From IMG/VR virus record IMGVR_UViG_3300025892_000009: a stretch of DNA of 64,000 nucleotides; one strand, 5' to 3'. Shown here in pieces: positions 8,075-17,083 of the stretch. Every line of letters begins with the position of its first letter. Position 1 is the stretch's first letter. A program made the position numbers and the translations under genes. Origin of the DNA: a virus. The notes beneath the pieces were generated by a model. It was not told the origin of the DNA. It was given only the letters and a program-made list of their open reading frames with translations, and did not search any database.

Positions 8075-8403
8075 CCCTTAAAATTTTTAATAAACCATTC
8101 GGCATCCACTACAACCAGAGCCTTCTTACGATTCTTTTTCATAAAAAGAATGGGCTCATAGTCTCCTGAGTTGGCAGTTGCCTGATCGTATGCATCGTAT
8201 ACATTGAGTTTCTCTACATTCTTACACTCAATACTGAATGGAAATTTCTTTCTGGCATCTCTTGCCATGATTAGATCTTCTCCACCTGCACCCATAGATC
8301 TAGATTCTATGTCTTCTGGGTGGACATCCCTGTGCTCTATCAACATGTCCCTAACCCATTTCTGGAAATTCCTTCCTTTAGCTTTCGCACTTTGAGGTTT
8401 CAT
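8071..8403 (-). CDS. PD-(D/E)xK nuclease, Holliday-junction-resolvase-like
   Basis: KAKGRNFQ...GEDL...SIECKN pattern. Confidence 0.7.
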   Translation of the reverse strand: MKPQSAKAKGRNFQKWVRDMLIEHRDVHPEDIESRSMGAGGEDLIMARDARKKFPFSIECKNVEKLNVYDAYDQATANSGDYEPILFMKKNRKKALVVVDAEWFIKNFKG

Positions 8404-8419
8404 TTACACATACTCTATT

Positions 8420-8442
8420 AAAAAAGACCCCTTGTGGGGTCT
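8420..8442 (-). terminator. Rho-independent terminator after DUF4278 gene
   Basis: AGACCCC-ACAA-GGGGTCT-TTTTT. Confidence 0.85.
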
Positions 8443-8468
8443 CTCTATTTAGTCACTACGTGGATCGC

Positions 8469-8615
8469 TTATCGCGATGCAACTGCATACTTACGCTCGA
8501 CCTTAACACCACGATACATAAGATCGTGATTACGAGTTTGGGTTTGCTCTGACAGTACCTTTGCCTTGTAAGTTTCAGCGTTGTACTGTTGTCCTCGGTA
8601 TGTGATCTGTGTCAT
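8469..8615 (-). CDS. DUF4278-family small protein (48 aa)
   Basis: MTQITYRGQQY...LMYRGV duplicated YRG motif; AGGAG RBS; lies downstream of a glutamine-II riboswitch-like RNA, its known context. Confidence 0.85.
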   Translation of the reverse strand: MTQITYRGQQYNAETYKAKVLSEQTQTRNHDLMYRGVKVERKYAVASR

Positions 8616-8646
8616 GTTATGTACTCCTGAAAGTGAGGTGGTTAAA

Positions 8647-8831
8647 CCCCGTTCCTTCAGTCGTGTGCGTCCCAAGGGTAGCAATCAGGTGTTGATTCCT
8701 TCATGACCTCAATCAATTCTACCTTCATTTCTGGAGGAAGATTCTCATTTGTTCTCATCCGAAGCATAACTGCATCAGCTTGAGCACATGTGAGTGATGA
8801 ATAGAATAATAATTCTAGCATGGGATGAACG
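8647..8831 (-). ncRNA. Glutamine-II (Downstream-peptide) riboswitch-like aptamer 2, split by an ORF
   Basis: 5' half CGTTCATCCC (8831-8822) and 3' half GGGACGCACACGACTGAAGGAACGG (8673-8649); CGTTC/GAACG and TCCC/GGGA are complementary. Confidence 0.7.
8657..8821 (-). CDS. Small protein (54 aa) embedded in riboswitch-like aptamer
   Basis: Not in track. MLELLFYSSLTCAQADAVMLRMRTNENLPPEMKVELIEVMKESTPDCYPWDAHD; GGAG upstream. Confidence 0.75.
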   Translation of the reverse strand: MLELLFYSSLTCAQADAVMLRMRTNENLPPEMKVELIEVMKESTPDCYPWDAHD

Positions 8832-8834
8832 GCT

Positions 8835-8909
8835 CCGTTCCGCGACTTACTTGCGTCCTGTGGCGTCTTTCTATGCTATGTGCATAACGAATACCACCAT
8901 GGATGAACG
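8835..8909 (-). ncRNA. Glutamine-II riboswitch-like aptamer 1
   Basis: CGTTCATCC...(42-nt hairpin insert)...GGACGCAAGTAAGTCGCGGAACGG. Confidence 0.65.
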
Positions 8910-8934
8910 TATGGATAGTATACACCATCCAATA

Positions 8935-9108
8935 CTATTTATCAAGTTTTCCTTTTTTTCGACTTCGTGCTCTTCTTTTTAGTGGTCTTACCCTCTTCAA
9001 CTCTTGCTTCAGACTGCACAAAAACTTCAAGTGGTCCCGTATACCACTGGTCGGGTCCTGGCCAGGTGATCCTGGCACTTTCTTTTCCCAACTTCTTTTC
9101 CTCCCCAT
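8935..9108 (-). CDS. Small basic hypothetical protein (57 aa)
   Basis: Not in track. MGRKRSWEKKVPGSPGQDPTSGIRDHLKFLCSLKQELKRVRPLKRRARSRKKGKLDK; starts just after the nrdB stop, unlike track ORF 8942..9214. Confidence 0.6.
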   Translation of the reverse strand: MGRKRSWEKKVPGSPGQDPTSGIRDHLKFLCSLKQELKRVRPLKRRARSRKKGKLDK

Positions 9109-9122
9109 TATTAAAGCACTTC

Positions 9123-10259
9123 TTATAATTTAAAATCCGAGAAAGTAGTTGCTTCCACATCTTGTTTGATGCCCCCAACAATATAGGACTCAATCTCAGT
9201 TTCCTGAGGAGCATTCTGTTGACCTTTACTATTCAACCAATGCTCAGTCCATGGTAGGGGATTATTTTTAGCAGGGATATCATAAACTGGATCAATACCA
9301 ATCGCTTTCATACGACGGTTAGCAACCCACTCAACATATTGTGCTAGTAGTCTTTCATTAAGACCAATCATAGATCCCTCAGCAAACAAATAATTTGCCC
9401 ACTCTTTCTCTTGCTCCACTGCATCTATAAACATCTTACGGACATTCTCTTTCTCCTCTCCTGCAATCACTTGCATGTCGGGATCATCACCCTCTATCCA
9501 CTTCTTCATAATCTTTTGAGTCAATACAAGATGTTGAGATTCGTCTCTTGCAATGAGAGAAATGATCTTGGCAGATCCTTCCATAAGTTTGAGCTCACCA
9601 AATGCAAAACTGCAAGCGAAAGAAACATAAAAACGAATACCTTCCAAGATATTGACATTGGCAATAGCAAGGTAAAGTTTACGCTTTACTTCCTTAAGTG
9701 TGATGTCACGAGTTGGTGAACCAATCCAATCTTCACTCCACATATCACCTGCTGCCCACTCAGTAGCAGCATCTATGAATTCATTGTATGCTTTACATAC
9801 AGACTTAGCACGAGAGAGGATCTTATCATTATCCAAGACAGAATCAAATACTTCTGAAGGATCAGGATAAATGTTTTTGATAATATGAGTATATGATCTG
9901 GAGTGAATCTGCTCCATGAATTCCCATACACCCATAGCACCTTCCAACTCAGGCAATGAGCAGTATGGAGAGAATGCCATTCCAGGACCACGACCTTGCA
10001 CTGAGTCTAGAAGGATTTGGTATTTAAGATTTGATGTATAGATATGCTTCTGTTGATCTGAAAGAGTTTTATAGTCTGCCCTATCTTTCTGCAAAGAAAC
10101 TTCTTCAGGTCTCCAGAAATATCCAAGTTGAGTTTGTGTCAACTTATCAAAATCTGGATACTTGTATTCATCGTATCTTTGCATTCCAAGAGGAGCACCA
10201 AAAAACATAGGTTGCTTTTTAGTGTTGACCTTCTTGTCGTTAAATACCGTTACTCCCAT
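9123..10259 (-). CDS. nrdB: Class Ia ribonucleotide reductase beta subunit
   Basis: FWRPEEV, EQIHSRSY (radical Tyr), LEGIRFYVSF, RDESQH, NPLPW, PQETE. Confidence 0.97.
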   Translation of the reverse strand: MGVTVFNDKKVNTKKQPMFFGAPLGMQRYDEYKYPDFDKLTQTQLGYFWRPEEVSLQKDRADYKTLSDQQKHIYTSNLKYQILLDSVQGRGPGMAFSPYCSLPELEGAMGVWEFMEQIHSRSYTHIIKNIYPDPSEVFDSVLDNDKILSRAKSVCKAYNEFIDAATEWAAGDMWSEDWIGSPTRDITLKEVKRKLYLAIANVNILEGIRFYVSFACSFAFGELKLMEGSAKIISLIARDESQHLVLTQKIMKKWIEGDDPDMQVIAGEEKENVRKMFIDAVEQEKEWANYLFAEGSMIGLNERLLAQYVEWVANRRMKAIGIDPVYDIPAKNNPLPWTEHWLNSKGQQNAPQETEIESYIVGGIKQDVEATTFSDFKL

Positions 10260-10426
10260 GTAGTCTCCTTTGGTTGTGCGTTGGTGCCAAAATTATTGAC
10301 GTAATTTAAAAAACTATTGATTCGTGGATTAATACCAAATGAGTCACACACTGCAAGCCAGGACTCGAAGTCCTCTTGCAGATCTTTTGTTAATTCAAGT
10401 GTTACTATTCTTGGAGCATCAGACAT
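10250..10426 (-). CDS. Small hypothetical protein between nrdA and nrdB
   Basis: Probable start MSDAPRIV overlapping the nrdA stop. Confidence 0.65.
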   Translation of the reverse strand: MSDAPRIVTLELTKDLQEDFESWLAVCDSFGINPRINSFLNYVNNFGTNAQPKETTWE

Positions 10427-12725
10427 TGCAGGCATCACATTCAGATTCTTCTCCCATAGATTCAATCTCAGAAAGAATACTGTTAGTATCAGATGTTACT
10501 ACAGGTTCTTCTTCCCCGTCTTTTTTATTATCATAAGTATTCTGATAATAAGAGGTCTTCCAACCATACTTATATGTAGTTAAAAGATCATTTGCCATTA
10601 CAGTCAGTGGGACTTCATTGTTTGGATAATTTTCAGGATTGTAACTCCAGTTTCCACTGATTGCCTGATCGAAGAACTTCTGCATAATTGCAACGATCTT
10701 AATATACCCTTCATTAGATTTCATATCCCATAGAAGAGTATAGTTATTCTTCAATGTGGTGAAAGACGGAACAATCTGCTTAAGAGGTCCCTTCTTTGAT
10801 TTTTTAACGGACAGGTATGCTCTAGGTGGTTCAATTCCATTGGTTGCATTTGACACAACGGAGCTGCTCTCCGAAGGCATCTGTGCGGACAGTGTGCTGT
10901 GTCGCAGTCCGTACTCATTGATAGATGCGCGAAGACTCTCCCAATCATAATTTAATTCTGGCGATACAATTTCATCTACTTCCTTTTTATAAGTATCAAT
11001 TGGAAGAATTCCATCACAATACTTAGTCCTATGGAATGCTTCACATGGACCCTTCTCTCTAGCAATCTGGTTAGAAGACTTCAGAAGATGGTATTGGAAT
11101 GATTCAGTAAGATCATAAACTAATTTATGAGCCTTAGGATCATCATAATGCTCACCATTCTTTGCTAGGTAGTGTGCTAGACCGATAAATCCAATGCCTA
11201 GAGAGCGTCGTGCAAGGGTGCTACGACGTGCTGCAGAGACAGGGTAGTCTTGGTAATCAATCAACTCTTCTAGACCCCTCACAGCGAGATCACAAAGGTT
11301 TTCCAACTCATCCAGTTTAGAAATCTTACCTACATTAATAGCAGAAAGAATACAAAGAGCAATCTCACCATCAGAATCATCAATATGACGGATAGGATCT
11401 GTAGGTAAAGTGATCTCCTGGCAGAGGTTACTCATATTCACCTTATCTTTAAAGGAGGAGTGACTGTTGCAGTGATCAATATTCATGATGTAAATACGAC
11501 CTGTCTCTGCTCTTTCTTTCAAGAGACTTAAGAAGAGCTCTTGAGCTCCGATTGTGGTGCGAGGGATTCCAGCATCTGATTCGTAAGCACAGTAGAGACT
11601 GTCAAAGTCATCAGTCCCGAAAGTATCATAAAGACCAGGGACATCATGAGGACTGAAAAGTGAAATCTCTTTGTTGTCGATGAAACGTGCATAGAATAGT
11701 TTTGAAATTTGGATTGAGTAGTCAAGTTTCCTCACGCGATTATCTTCAGTGCCCTTATTATTCTTAAGGACTAGGATGTCTTCTATTTCTTGGTGCCAGA
11801 TAGGAAAGTGAACTGTAGCAGAACCACCTCTGATGCCGTTTTGAGTGCAGCATCGTACAGTTGATTCAAACTTTTTAAGGAAGGGGACCACGCCTGTGTG
11901 CTGTACCTCTCCGCCTCTGATTTTAGAGTTGATGCCACGGACTCTACCTGCGTTGATACCGATTCCTGCGCGTTGTGCAACGTAGTAACCAATAGCCATA
12001 TCACTGCTAAAGATACTATCGAGGGTGTCATCAACATCAACGAGAACACAACTCGCAAACTGACGGAGAGGCGTTCGCACTCCTGCCATGACGGGGGTTG
12101 GAATGTTGATTCTGTGTCTGGAGATGGCATCGTAATATTTCCTAATGTATTCTAGTCTCGTCTCTTGTGGATAGTCTCTGAAGAGAGTCAGAGCAATCAT
12201 GATATACATCTGTTGCGGTGTCTCAAAGACTTTACCATTACTACGATCTTGAACAAGATATTTATCAGAAACTTGTCTCAGTCCAGCATAAGTAAACAGG
12301 AAATCTCTACTGTTATCGATCATAGAATCGATTTCAGTCCACTCATCATCAGTATACTTATCAAGAATACTGCTGTCATAGATTCCCTTGTCAACACAAT
12401 CCATAACATGGTCATGTAAGTATGGACGGAAGTCTGGATGATCTCCATACACAGACTTACGAAGACCAAACAAAAGCAAACGTGCTGCAACGAATTGATA
12501 GTTTGGTGCTTCTAATGATATCAAATCATTAGCAGATCGAATAAGAATCTCTTGAATATCTTCCGTCTTAATACCATCAAAGAATTGGAGATTGGCATTC
12601 ATTTCAACTTGTGATTCAGATACACCTGCAAGATCTTTACAAGCGTGCTCTACCATCACATGAATTTTTTCTAGATGGAGTGCTTCAACTCCACCACTAC
12701 GCTTAACAACACTGATCCCACTCAT
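10419..12725 (-). CDS. nrdA: Class Ia ribonucleotide reductase alpha subunit
   Basis: ATP cone (VVKRSG), QFASCVL, SNLCQEI, ALCILS, TSYY, C-terminal CDAC; start placed at MSGIS overlapping the primase stop. Confidence 0.97.
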   Translation of the reverse strand: MSGISVVKRSGGVEALHLEKIHVMVEHACKDLAGVSESQVEMNANLQFFDGIKTEDIQEILIRSANDLISLEAPNYQFVAARLLLFGLRKSVYGDHPDFRPYLHDHVMDCVDKGIYDSSILDKYTDDEWTEIDSMIDNSRDFLFTYAGLRQVSDKYLVQDRSNGKVFETPQQMYIMIALTLFRDYPQETRLEYIRKYYDAISRHRINIPTPVMAGVRTPLRQFASCVLVDVDDTLDSIFSSDMAIGYYVAQRAGIGINAGRVRGINSKIRGGEVQHTGVVPFLKKFESTVRCCTQNGIRGGSATVHFPIWHQEIEDILVLKNNKGTEDNRVRKLDYSIQISKLFYARFIDNKEISLFSPHDVPGLYDTFGTDDFDSLYCAYESDAGIPRTTIGAQELFLSLLKERAETGRIYIMNIDHCNSHSSFKDKVNMSNLCQEITLPTDPIRHIDDSDGEIALCILSAINVGKISKLDELENLCDLAVRGLEELIDYQDYPVSAARRSTLARRSLGIGFIGLAHYLAKNGEHYDDPKAHKLVYDLTESFQYHLLKSSNQIAREKGPCEAFHRTKYCDGILPIDTYKKEVDEIVSPELNYDWESLRASINEYGLRHSTLSAQMPSESSSVVSNATNGIEPPRAYLSVKKSKKGPLKQIVPSFTTLKNNYTLLWDMKSNEGYIKIVAIMQKFFDQAISGNWSYNPENYPNNEVPLTVMANDLLTTYKYGWKTSYYQNTYDNKKDGEEEPVVTSDTNSILSEIESMGEESECDACNV

Positions 12726-13717
12726 ACTTTTTTCCACTGAATAAACTTAACTTGTGCTTCCATACCTGAATAGGTATTCGATTTTACTATACTTTGGACA
12801 TCTAGTCCAGCTAACACCATGTCATTGATGTCCTTTTGTTTTATCTGACTTGGCCAGATTACCACCTGCTCTTTGTTTCTTATAGTAGTCTCGAGCCTCT
12901 GCACGATCTGCGTGTTTCTGGGTTCATTATCGTATACCCAGACCCTATATCGATAATCAAGAGAGCGGTGGTCAACATCGCTGCCACACATAGCAACAGA
13001 GTTGTCAATGAAATGGGAGTCGAAGGGTCCTTCCGTGACATAAACAGTTTCCTCAGGATTAATTTGATCTTGTCCATATAGTTTGAGTCTATCGTCAAAC
13101 ATAATGGTTATGTATCGTAGCGTTGCATTTGGAGACAGAGATCTACCCTGAATACCAAACCAGTTGCCATCTGAATCTATGAAAGGGATAATAATTCTAG
13201 GTCTATCATTCTGAAGATTGTCAAAAGAGTTTGGTTTTTGTGTATTGACCCAACGCTTAAACCTATCAGTATAATATAAAGACTGTAGTTTATTCTGAGG
13301 AATTTTCCTACCCTCTAGGTATGCCCTTGCTGGATGCTCACTATTTAGCTCTGTGATTGGTGTTAGGTTTGATACCTTATTAGCGAAGTGTGGTTTTGCA
13401 GACTTATATTCTGGATTGGGAGTATACCTTCCACGCCCTGTGGTGCCATTCTTATACTTCTCCATGATGAATTGGTCATGGAGATCAGGAGCATGATCTT
13501 TTAAAAAATTAGACAGAGATCTACCAGTGCTACAGTTATGGCACTTGAAAATATACTCTGATTTTTTTAAGAAAAAGTATCCCCTTGCTTTATTCTTGTG
13601 CTTCTGGGAATCTCCACAGTATGGGCACCTGAAATTGTAAAGACCATTCTTTACATGTTTAAATTTCTCTAGACGTGTGCTGAGAAACCTGACGTATTTG
13701 TCCTCAACGTAGTCCAT
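12722..13717 (-). CDS. gp61: DNA primase (T4 gp61-like)
   Basis: Zn finger CPYCGD...CHNC; TOPRIM TEGPFDS, DNE, KDINDM. Confidence 0.95.
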   Translation of the reverse strand: MDYVEDKYVRFLSTRLEKFKHVKNGLYNFRCPYCGDSQKHKNKARGYFFLKKSEYIFKCHNCSTGRSLSNFLKDHAPDLHDQFIMEKYKNGTTGRGRYTPNPEYKSAKPHFANKVSNLTPITELNSEHPARAYLEGRKIPQNKLQSLYYTDRFKRWVNTQKPNSFDNLQNDRPRIIIPFIDSDGNWFGIQGRSLSPNATLRYITIMFDDRLKLYGQDQINPEETVYVTEGPFDSHFIDNSVAMCGSDVDHRSLDYRYRVWVYDNEPRNTQIVQRLETTIRNKEQVVIWPSQIKQKDINDMVLAGLDVQSIVKSNTYSGMEAQVKFIQWKKV

Positions 13718-14100
13718 TTACTAGATCTCACTTCAGGTATCTTAACCGAAGTTTTATCATCTGTCAAGGTACGCAGCAATGCTTGACCTGGCGAACTGAT
13801 TATGACTGAGATCACAGTCAATGCACCTGCAACTGTCCACATCTTTTTCTCCATTTCCCTGAGTCTATTATCTACAAGACGAATGTCTCTCTCACATCCT
13901 TTCTTGATTATGTCTGTCTCCTTAGTGAGATCTGAATGAAGTCTATCTATTTTTTCAAATAGAATTCCATCAACTTCACTCTGTGTAGATAATTTTTCAT
14001 TATGTACAGCAAGTAGTTGACCCATCTTTACAGAATTATCCTGCAACGAATCAACTACTCTTTCTAGTCTTTCTAAAATAGCAGAGTTTATATCTGACAT
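13669..14100 (-). CDS. Coiled-coil protein with C-terminal hydrophobic segment
   Basis: 143-aa ORF, heptad-rich, MWTVAGALTVISVII. Confidence 0.7.
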   Translation of the reverse strand: MSDINSAILERLERVVDSLQDNSVKMGQLLAVHNEKLSTQSEVDGILFEKIDRLHSDLTKETDIIKKGCERDIRLVDNRLREMEKKMWTVAGALTVISVIISSPGQALLRTLTDDKTSVKIPEVRSSKWTTLRTNTSGFSAHV

Positions 14101-14477
14101 TATTCTATCCCTAGTGCCTTTTGTCTTTTATTCCAATAAAATTTAATAACATCATTAGGATATAGTCTTTTAACTTTTAACTTCTTAAAATTTTCTGGGC
14201 GATAAATCTTTCTCAGTTCAATCTTCAATGCAGATTCAGATTTATTGTATAGCACATATTGCTCCGCCCCATCATAAGAAATTAGAAACGGATAGTATGT
14301 GCTTGCCTCTTGACCCTCCGTCTTAACCATGTCCTTCTGAGACATAGCATACCTACGCCTTTTCTTCGGACCTTTCTTGGTTAGCATTGGATCAAATCCC
14401 GATACGGGACCTTGGGGATCAGCGGATCCGCTGAAACCACCATCACCTGCAGACATAGTTGGCGCTTCTTCATTCAT
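14100..14477 (-). CDS. Hypothetical protein
   Basis: 125-aa ORF tiled with neighbours. Confidence 0.7.
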   Translation of the reverse strand: MNEEAPTMSAGDGGFSGSADPQGPVSGFDPMLTKKGPKKRRRYAMSQKDMVKTEGQEASTYYPFLISYDGAEQYVLYNKSESALKIELRKIYRPENFKKLKVKRLYPNDVIKFYWNKRQKALGIE

Positions 14478-14842
14478 ATGCTTCTAAGTTGCAGAGCAAC
14501 TTCAGTGTCGATACTTACATTAGAAAGACACCCTGCAATCTCTGGATATCTCTCCAGATAAATTAAGAATGTCTTGATGATTGACCAATATTCTTCTTCT
14601 AATTTGTACATTAATAATGGAATAGTCCCATCATTAAATACATTGAAAAGAATAATAAGGTGATTTAGTATTAAGTTAACACGGAGGACCCGAGTCTTAG
14701 TATATCGTTTAAGTAACCGTTTAAGATACTTAAACTTTTTCATGTCCTCCATGAAATCGTCAACTGTAACTGATTGTGGATTATCGTAATGCTTAATAGC
14801 AAACATTAAATAATTTTTTTCATCTAGATTTTCAAAATGCAT
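14474..14842 (-). CDS. Conserved T4-like hypothetical protein
   Basis: 122-aa ORF (AIKHYDNPQ...LNHLIILFNVF). Confidence 0.75.
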   Translation of the reverse strand: MHFENLDEKNYLMFAIKHYDNPQSVTVDDFMEDMKKFKYLKRLLKRYTKTRVLRVNLILNHLIILFNVFNDGTIPLLMYKLEEEYWSIIKTFLIYLERYPEIAGCLSNVSIDTEVALQLRSI

Positions 14843-14858
14843 TACGAATCAGTTAATA

Positions 14859-15479
14859 TTATGTGCCGAATGTCAATGTCGCTGCACCATCGGTGATCAC
14901 TTCTTCCGTGCCACCCGCTGAGGTAATCTTGACGCGATACTTATAGCCGTCCAGAGTGTCAGCAGCGAGACCACTGTAAGCAAGAGTTGCGGTCGTGAAG
15001 TCTGCATAAGTTACACCAGCGTCAAGAGATGCAGTAATGTTAACCCAACGGGTCGTTGCTGCTGCGGTCTGACGTTGCCAGACATAAGACAGAGCACCAG
15101 GTGTGCCTGTGGTAGTTGTGGTAAGGGTGAATGTACCAGCGCCAGAGGAAGAAGTAGAATTAGCAGGTTGTGCTGAAACTGTTACAGCAGATGCAACGTC
15201 TGCTGCGATGGTGTCATCTGTTTGTGTCTCGGTGCCATCAGGATTAGAGATGAAGGCAAGTTGCTCTGCCTTATGGCGAGTGTCACCATTGGCAGTGGTG
15301 TAAGTGCTGTATGCCCACCAACCAGGACTACAAAGTCCCCGAGTCTTATTCTCGTTTAACTCTGCTTCTGCAGCATCAATAAACACAATTGTCTCGGAAA
15401 CGGATCCGCTACCGTTACCACGGGCGAGTCCTGCTTGAGTTTTATTTGCGTTACTGTCAGTTCTCCCGTAAAGAGACAT
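14859..15479 (-). CDS. Probable virion structural protein with Ig-like C-terminal domain
   Basis: T/A/G-rich; QPAN...LSYVWQRQ...YKYRVKIT Ig-like pattern; late promoter upstream. Confidence 0.65.
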   Translation of the reverse strand: MSLYGRTDSNANKTQAGLARGNGSGSVSETIVFIDAAEAELNENKTRGLCSPGWWAYSTYTTANGDTRHKAEQLAFISNPDGTETQTDDTIAADVASAVTVSAQPANSTSSSGAGTFTLTTTTTGTPGALSYVWQRQTAAATTRWVNITASLDAGVTYADFTTATLAYSGLAADTLDGYKYRVKITSAGGTEEVITDGAATLTFGT

Positions 15480-15506
15480 GGTTTACTCCGTTAATTCCAG
15501 TATATT

Positions 15507-15535
15507 TATTTATAATAAAAGGGGCTTCCGCCCCC
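15507..15535 (-). promoter_or_regulatory. Terminator followed by T4 late promoter
   Basis: GGGGC-GGAA-GCCCC-TTTT, then TATAAATA (15514-15507). Confidence 0.8.
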
Positions 15536-15541
15536 TAAGTA

Positions 15542-15742
15542 TCACGCCTTGCGACTGTTGATTGATTGCTCAACAACGGCAAGAAGTTTGTCATCCATAT
15601 CAGTCTTGGTCAGAGTAACTGCTTTCTTGAGGATGATCAAACAAATCTCGACTAGTTTCTCGCCAAGTTCTTCATTATCAGGGACTTTTGCAACAGCATC
15701 AGAAATGATTTTCGATGCCAGTGGTAGTAGAAAAGATAGCAT
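15542..15742 (-). CDS. Small conserved hypothetical protein
   Basis: 66-aa ORF ending at the terminator. Confidence 0.75.
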   Translation of the reverse strand: MLSFLLPLASKIISDAVAKVPDNEELGEKLVEICLIILKKAVTLTKTDMDDKLLAVVEQSINSRKA

Positions 15743-15774
15743 GGTCAGACAATAGATACTCTGATCTATATATC

Positions 15775-16176
15775 TTACTTCATGCCCTTAGCTTTACGAT
15801 CATGATCGACCGTTGCCTGAATCATCTTCTGCTTCATGCGATCTTTCGATTTTGTTTTTGCTTCTGAGTCATCAGACTTAGGTGCCTTCATATCTTCAGG
15901 AGTAGCATCACACTCTTCCTTTTTGACATCCTGACCAGGCTCATACCATTTGCCATCGCCGTCAGAGTCTTGCCAACGCTTACCTGCTTTAGCAGCAGCG
16001 ATGTGCTTCTCTTTTGATTTCTTCTTTGCTGCTTCTTTCAAGTCAGCAACGCTTCCCTGTAGGCGCTTTCTTAAATTTTCAGACATGAGATCTTCTTTCT
16101 TAGGATTGATAATTACGTTTCCTTTCTTAGAGGTTTTTAGATATGAATCTTCACTACTCTTGCCGTTGGGTTTCAT
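15775..16176 (-). CDS. K/E-rich hypothetical protein (possible internal head protein)
   Basis: 133 aa, highly charged. Confidence 0.65.
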   Translation of the reverse strand: MKPNGKSSEDSYLKTSKKGNVIINPKKEDLMSENLRKRLQGSVADLKEAAKKKSKEKHIAAAKAGKRWQDSDGDGKWYEPGQDVKKEECDATPEDMKAPKSDDSEAKTKSKDRMKQKMIQATVDHDRKAKGMK

Positions 16177-17054
16177 TGCATACCCTCCACCATGCTCAAC
16201 AATTCTGCTTCAGTAAACAGTCCAGAATCAGACAGTTTAGTCAGAAAATCCTGCTCTTCTTTCTTCAGTGCTGCTTTACGGAACTGAAGATCAATGCGTG
16301 ATCCTCTGTCCATCTTACCCTGACTTGCAGGTTTCTTAGAACCACCAGCAGGTTGAGGACCAGCATCGCTACCAGTTCTTCTACCCTGAGCATACTTAGA
16401 TCCACTGGACTTAGAGTCACCAGAGATCATCTTACCAGCATCAGAGCGACCATCTTGATACTGCTTCTCAGTCTGACCGTGCTTACCTTTGTAGAGTTCA
16501 CCCAACTCTTCTTCTTTGACACAATTGTTAACTTCTTTACCACCCTTTTTCTTGGTGCCTTGCTTCTTGTATCCTTTCCAGCAGGAGGTAAACCCATTAT
16601 CATCTTTGCCATCCATCTTAACTTCAAGCATTTGCTGATGAAGATCTTCGATATCAATACCAATTGCTTCACGCTGCATGTTGAGACCAATATCACCAGG
16701 ATCTTTAGCAGACTTCTCGCCTTTCTTACCTACAACAATATAACGACCATCTGATTTCTTACCAGTAATGACAAAGGAGGATCCACCAGACTGGACAACA
16801 CGACCTACATTACGGTCATCAGAAAACTTTTCTTTCTTTTTCTGAATTTGATCCTTGTCAACAGGGAATCCAGCATACCCTTCAATGGTAGGCTCCCAGT
16901 CATCAAAGATCTCTGTTACTTTCTCAGCACCCTCTTTCAATCTCTTGGACGGGAGATCAGATTCTGTGCCAGCTTCAATTGAAGCAAGGATTTTGGTCTG
17001 CTCTTCCATCGTGTAAGACATCAAGGCAGAAGATACAAGAATTTCTAAGGTCAT
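16173..17054 (-). CDS. K/E/G-rich hypothetical protein (possible internal head protein)
   Basis: 293 aa, modular, charged; CTAAATA late-type box at 17091-17085. Confidence 0.7.
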   Translation of the reverse strand: MTLEILVSSALMSYTMEEQTKILASIEAGTESDLPSKRLKEGAEKVTEIFDDWEPTIEGYAGFPVDKDQIQKKKEKFSDDRNVGRVVQSGGSSFVITGKKSDGRYIVVGKKGEKSAKDPGDIGLNMQREAIGIDIEDLHQQMLEVKMDGKDDNGFTSCWKGYKKQGTKKKGGKEVNNCVKEEELGELYKGKHGQTEKQYQDGRSDAGKMISGDSKSSGSKYAQGRRTGSDAGPQPAGGSKKPASQGKMDRGSRIDLQFRKAALKKEEQDFLTKLSDSGLFTEAELLSMVEGMQ

Positions 17055-17083
17055 TGTTTTTGGTCGAATGGTTTTCGATATTA

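Noticed and set aside
8942-9214. Track ORF of 90 aa after nrdB
   Set aside because: Starts inside nrdB; the alternative frame 8935-9108 has a clean ATG after the nrdB stop. Not fully excluded.
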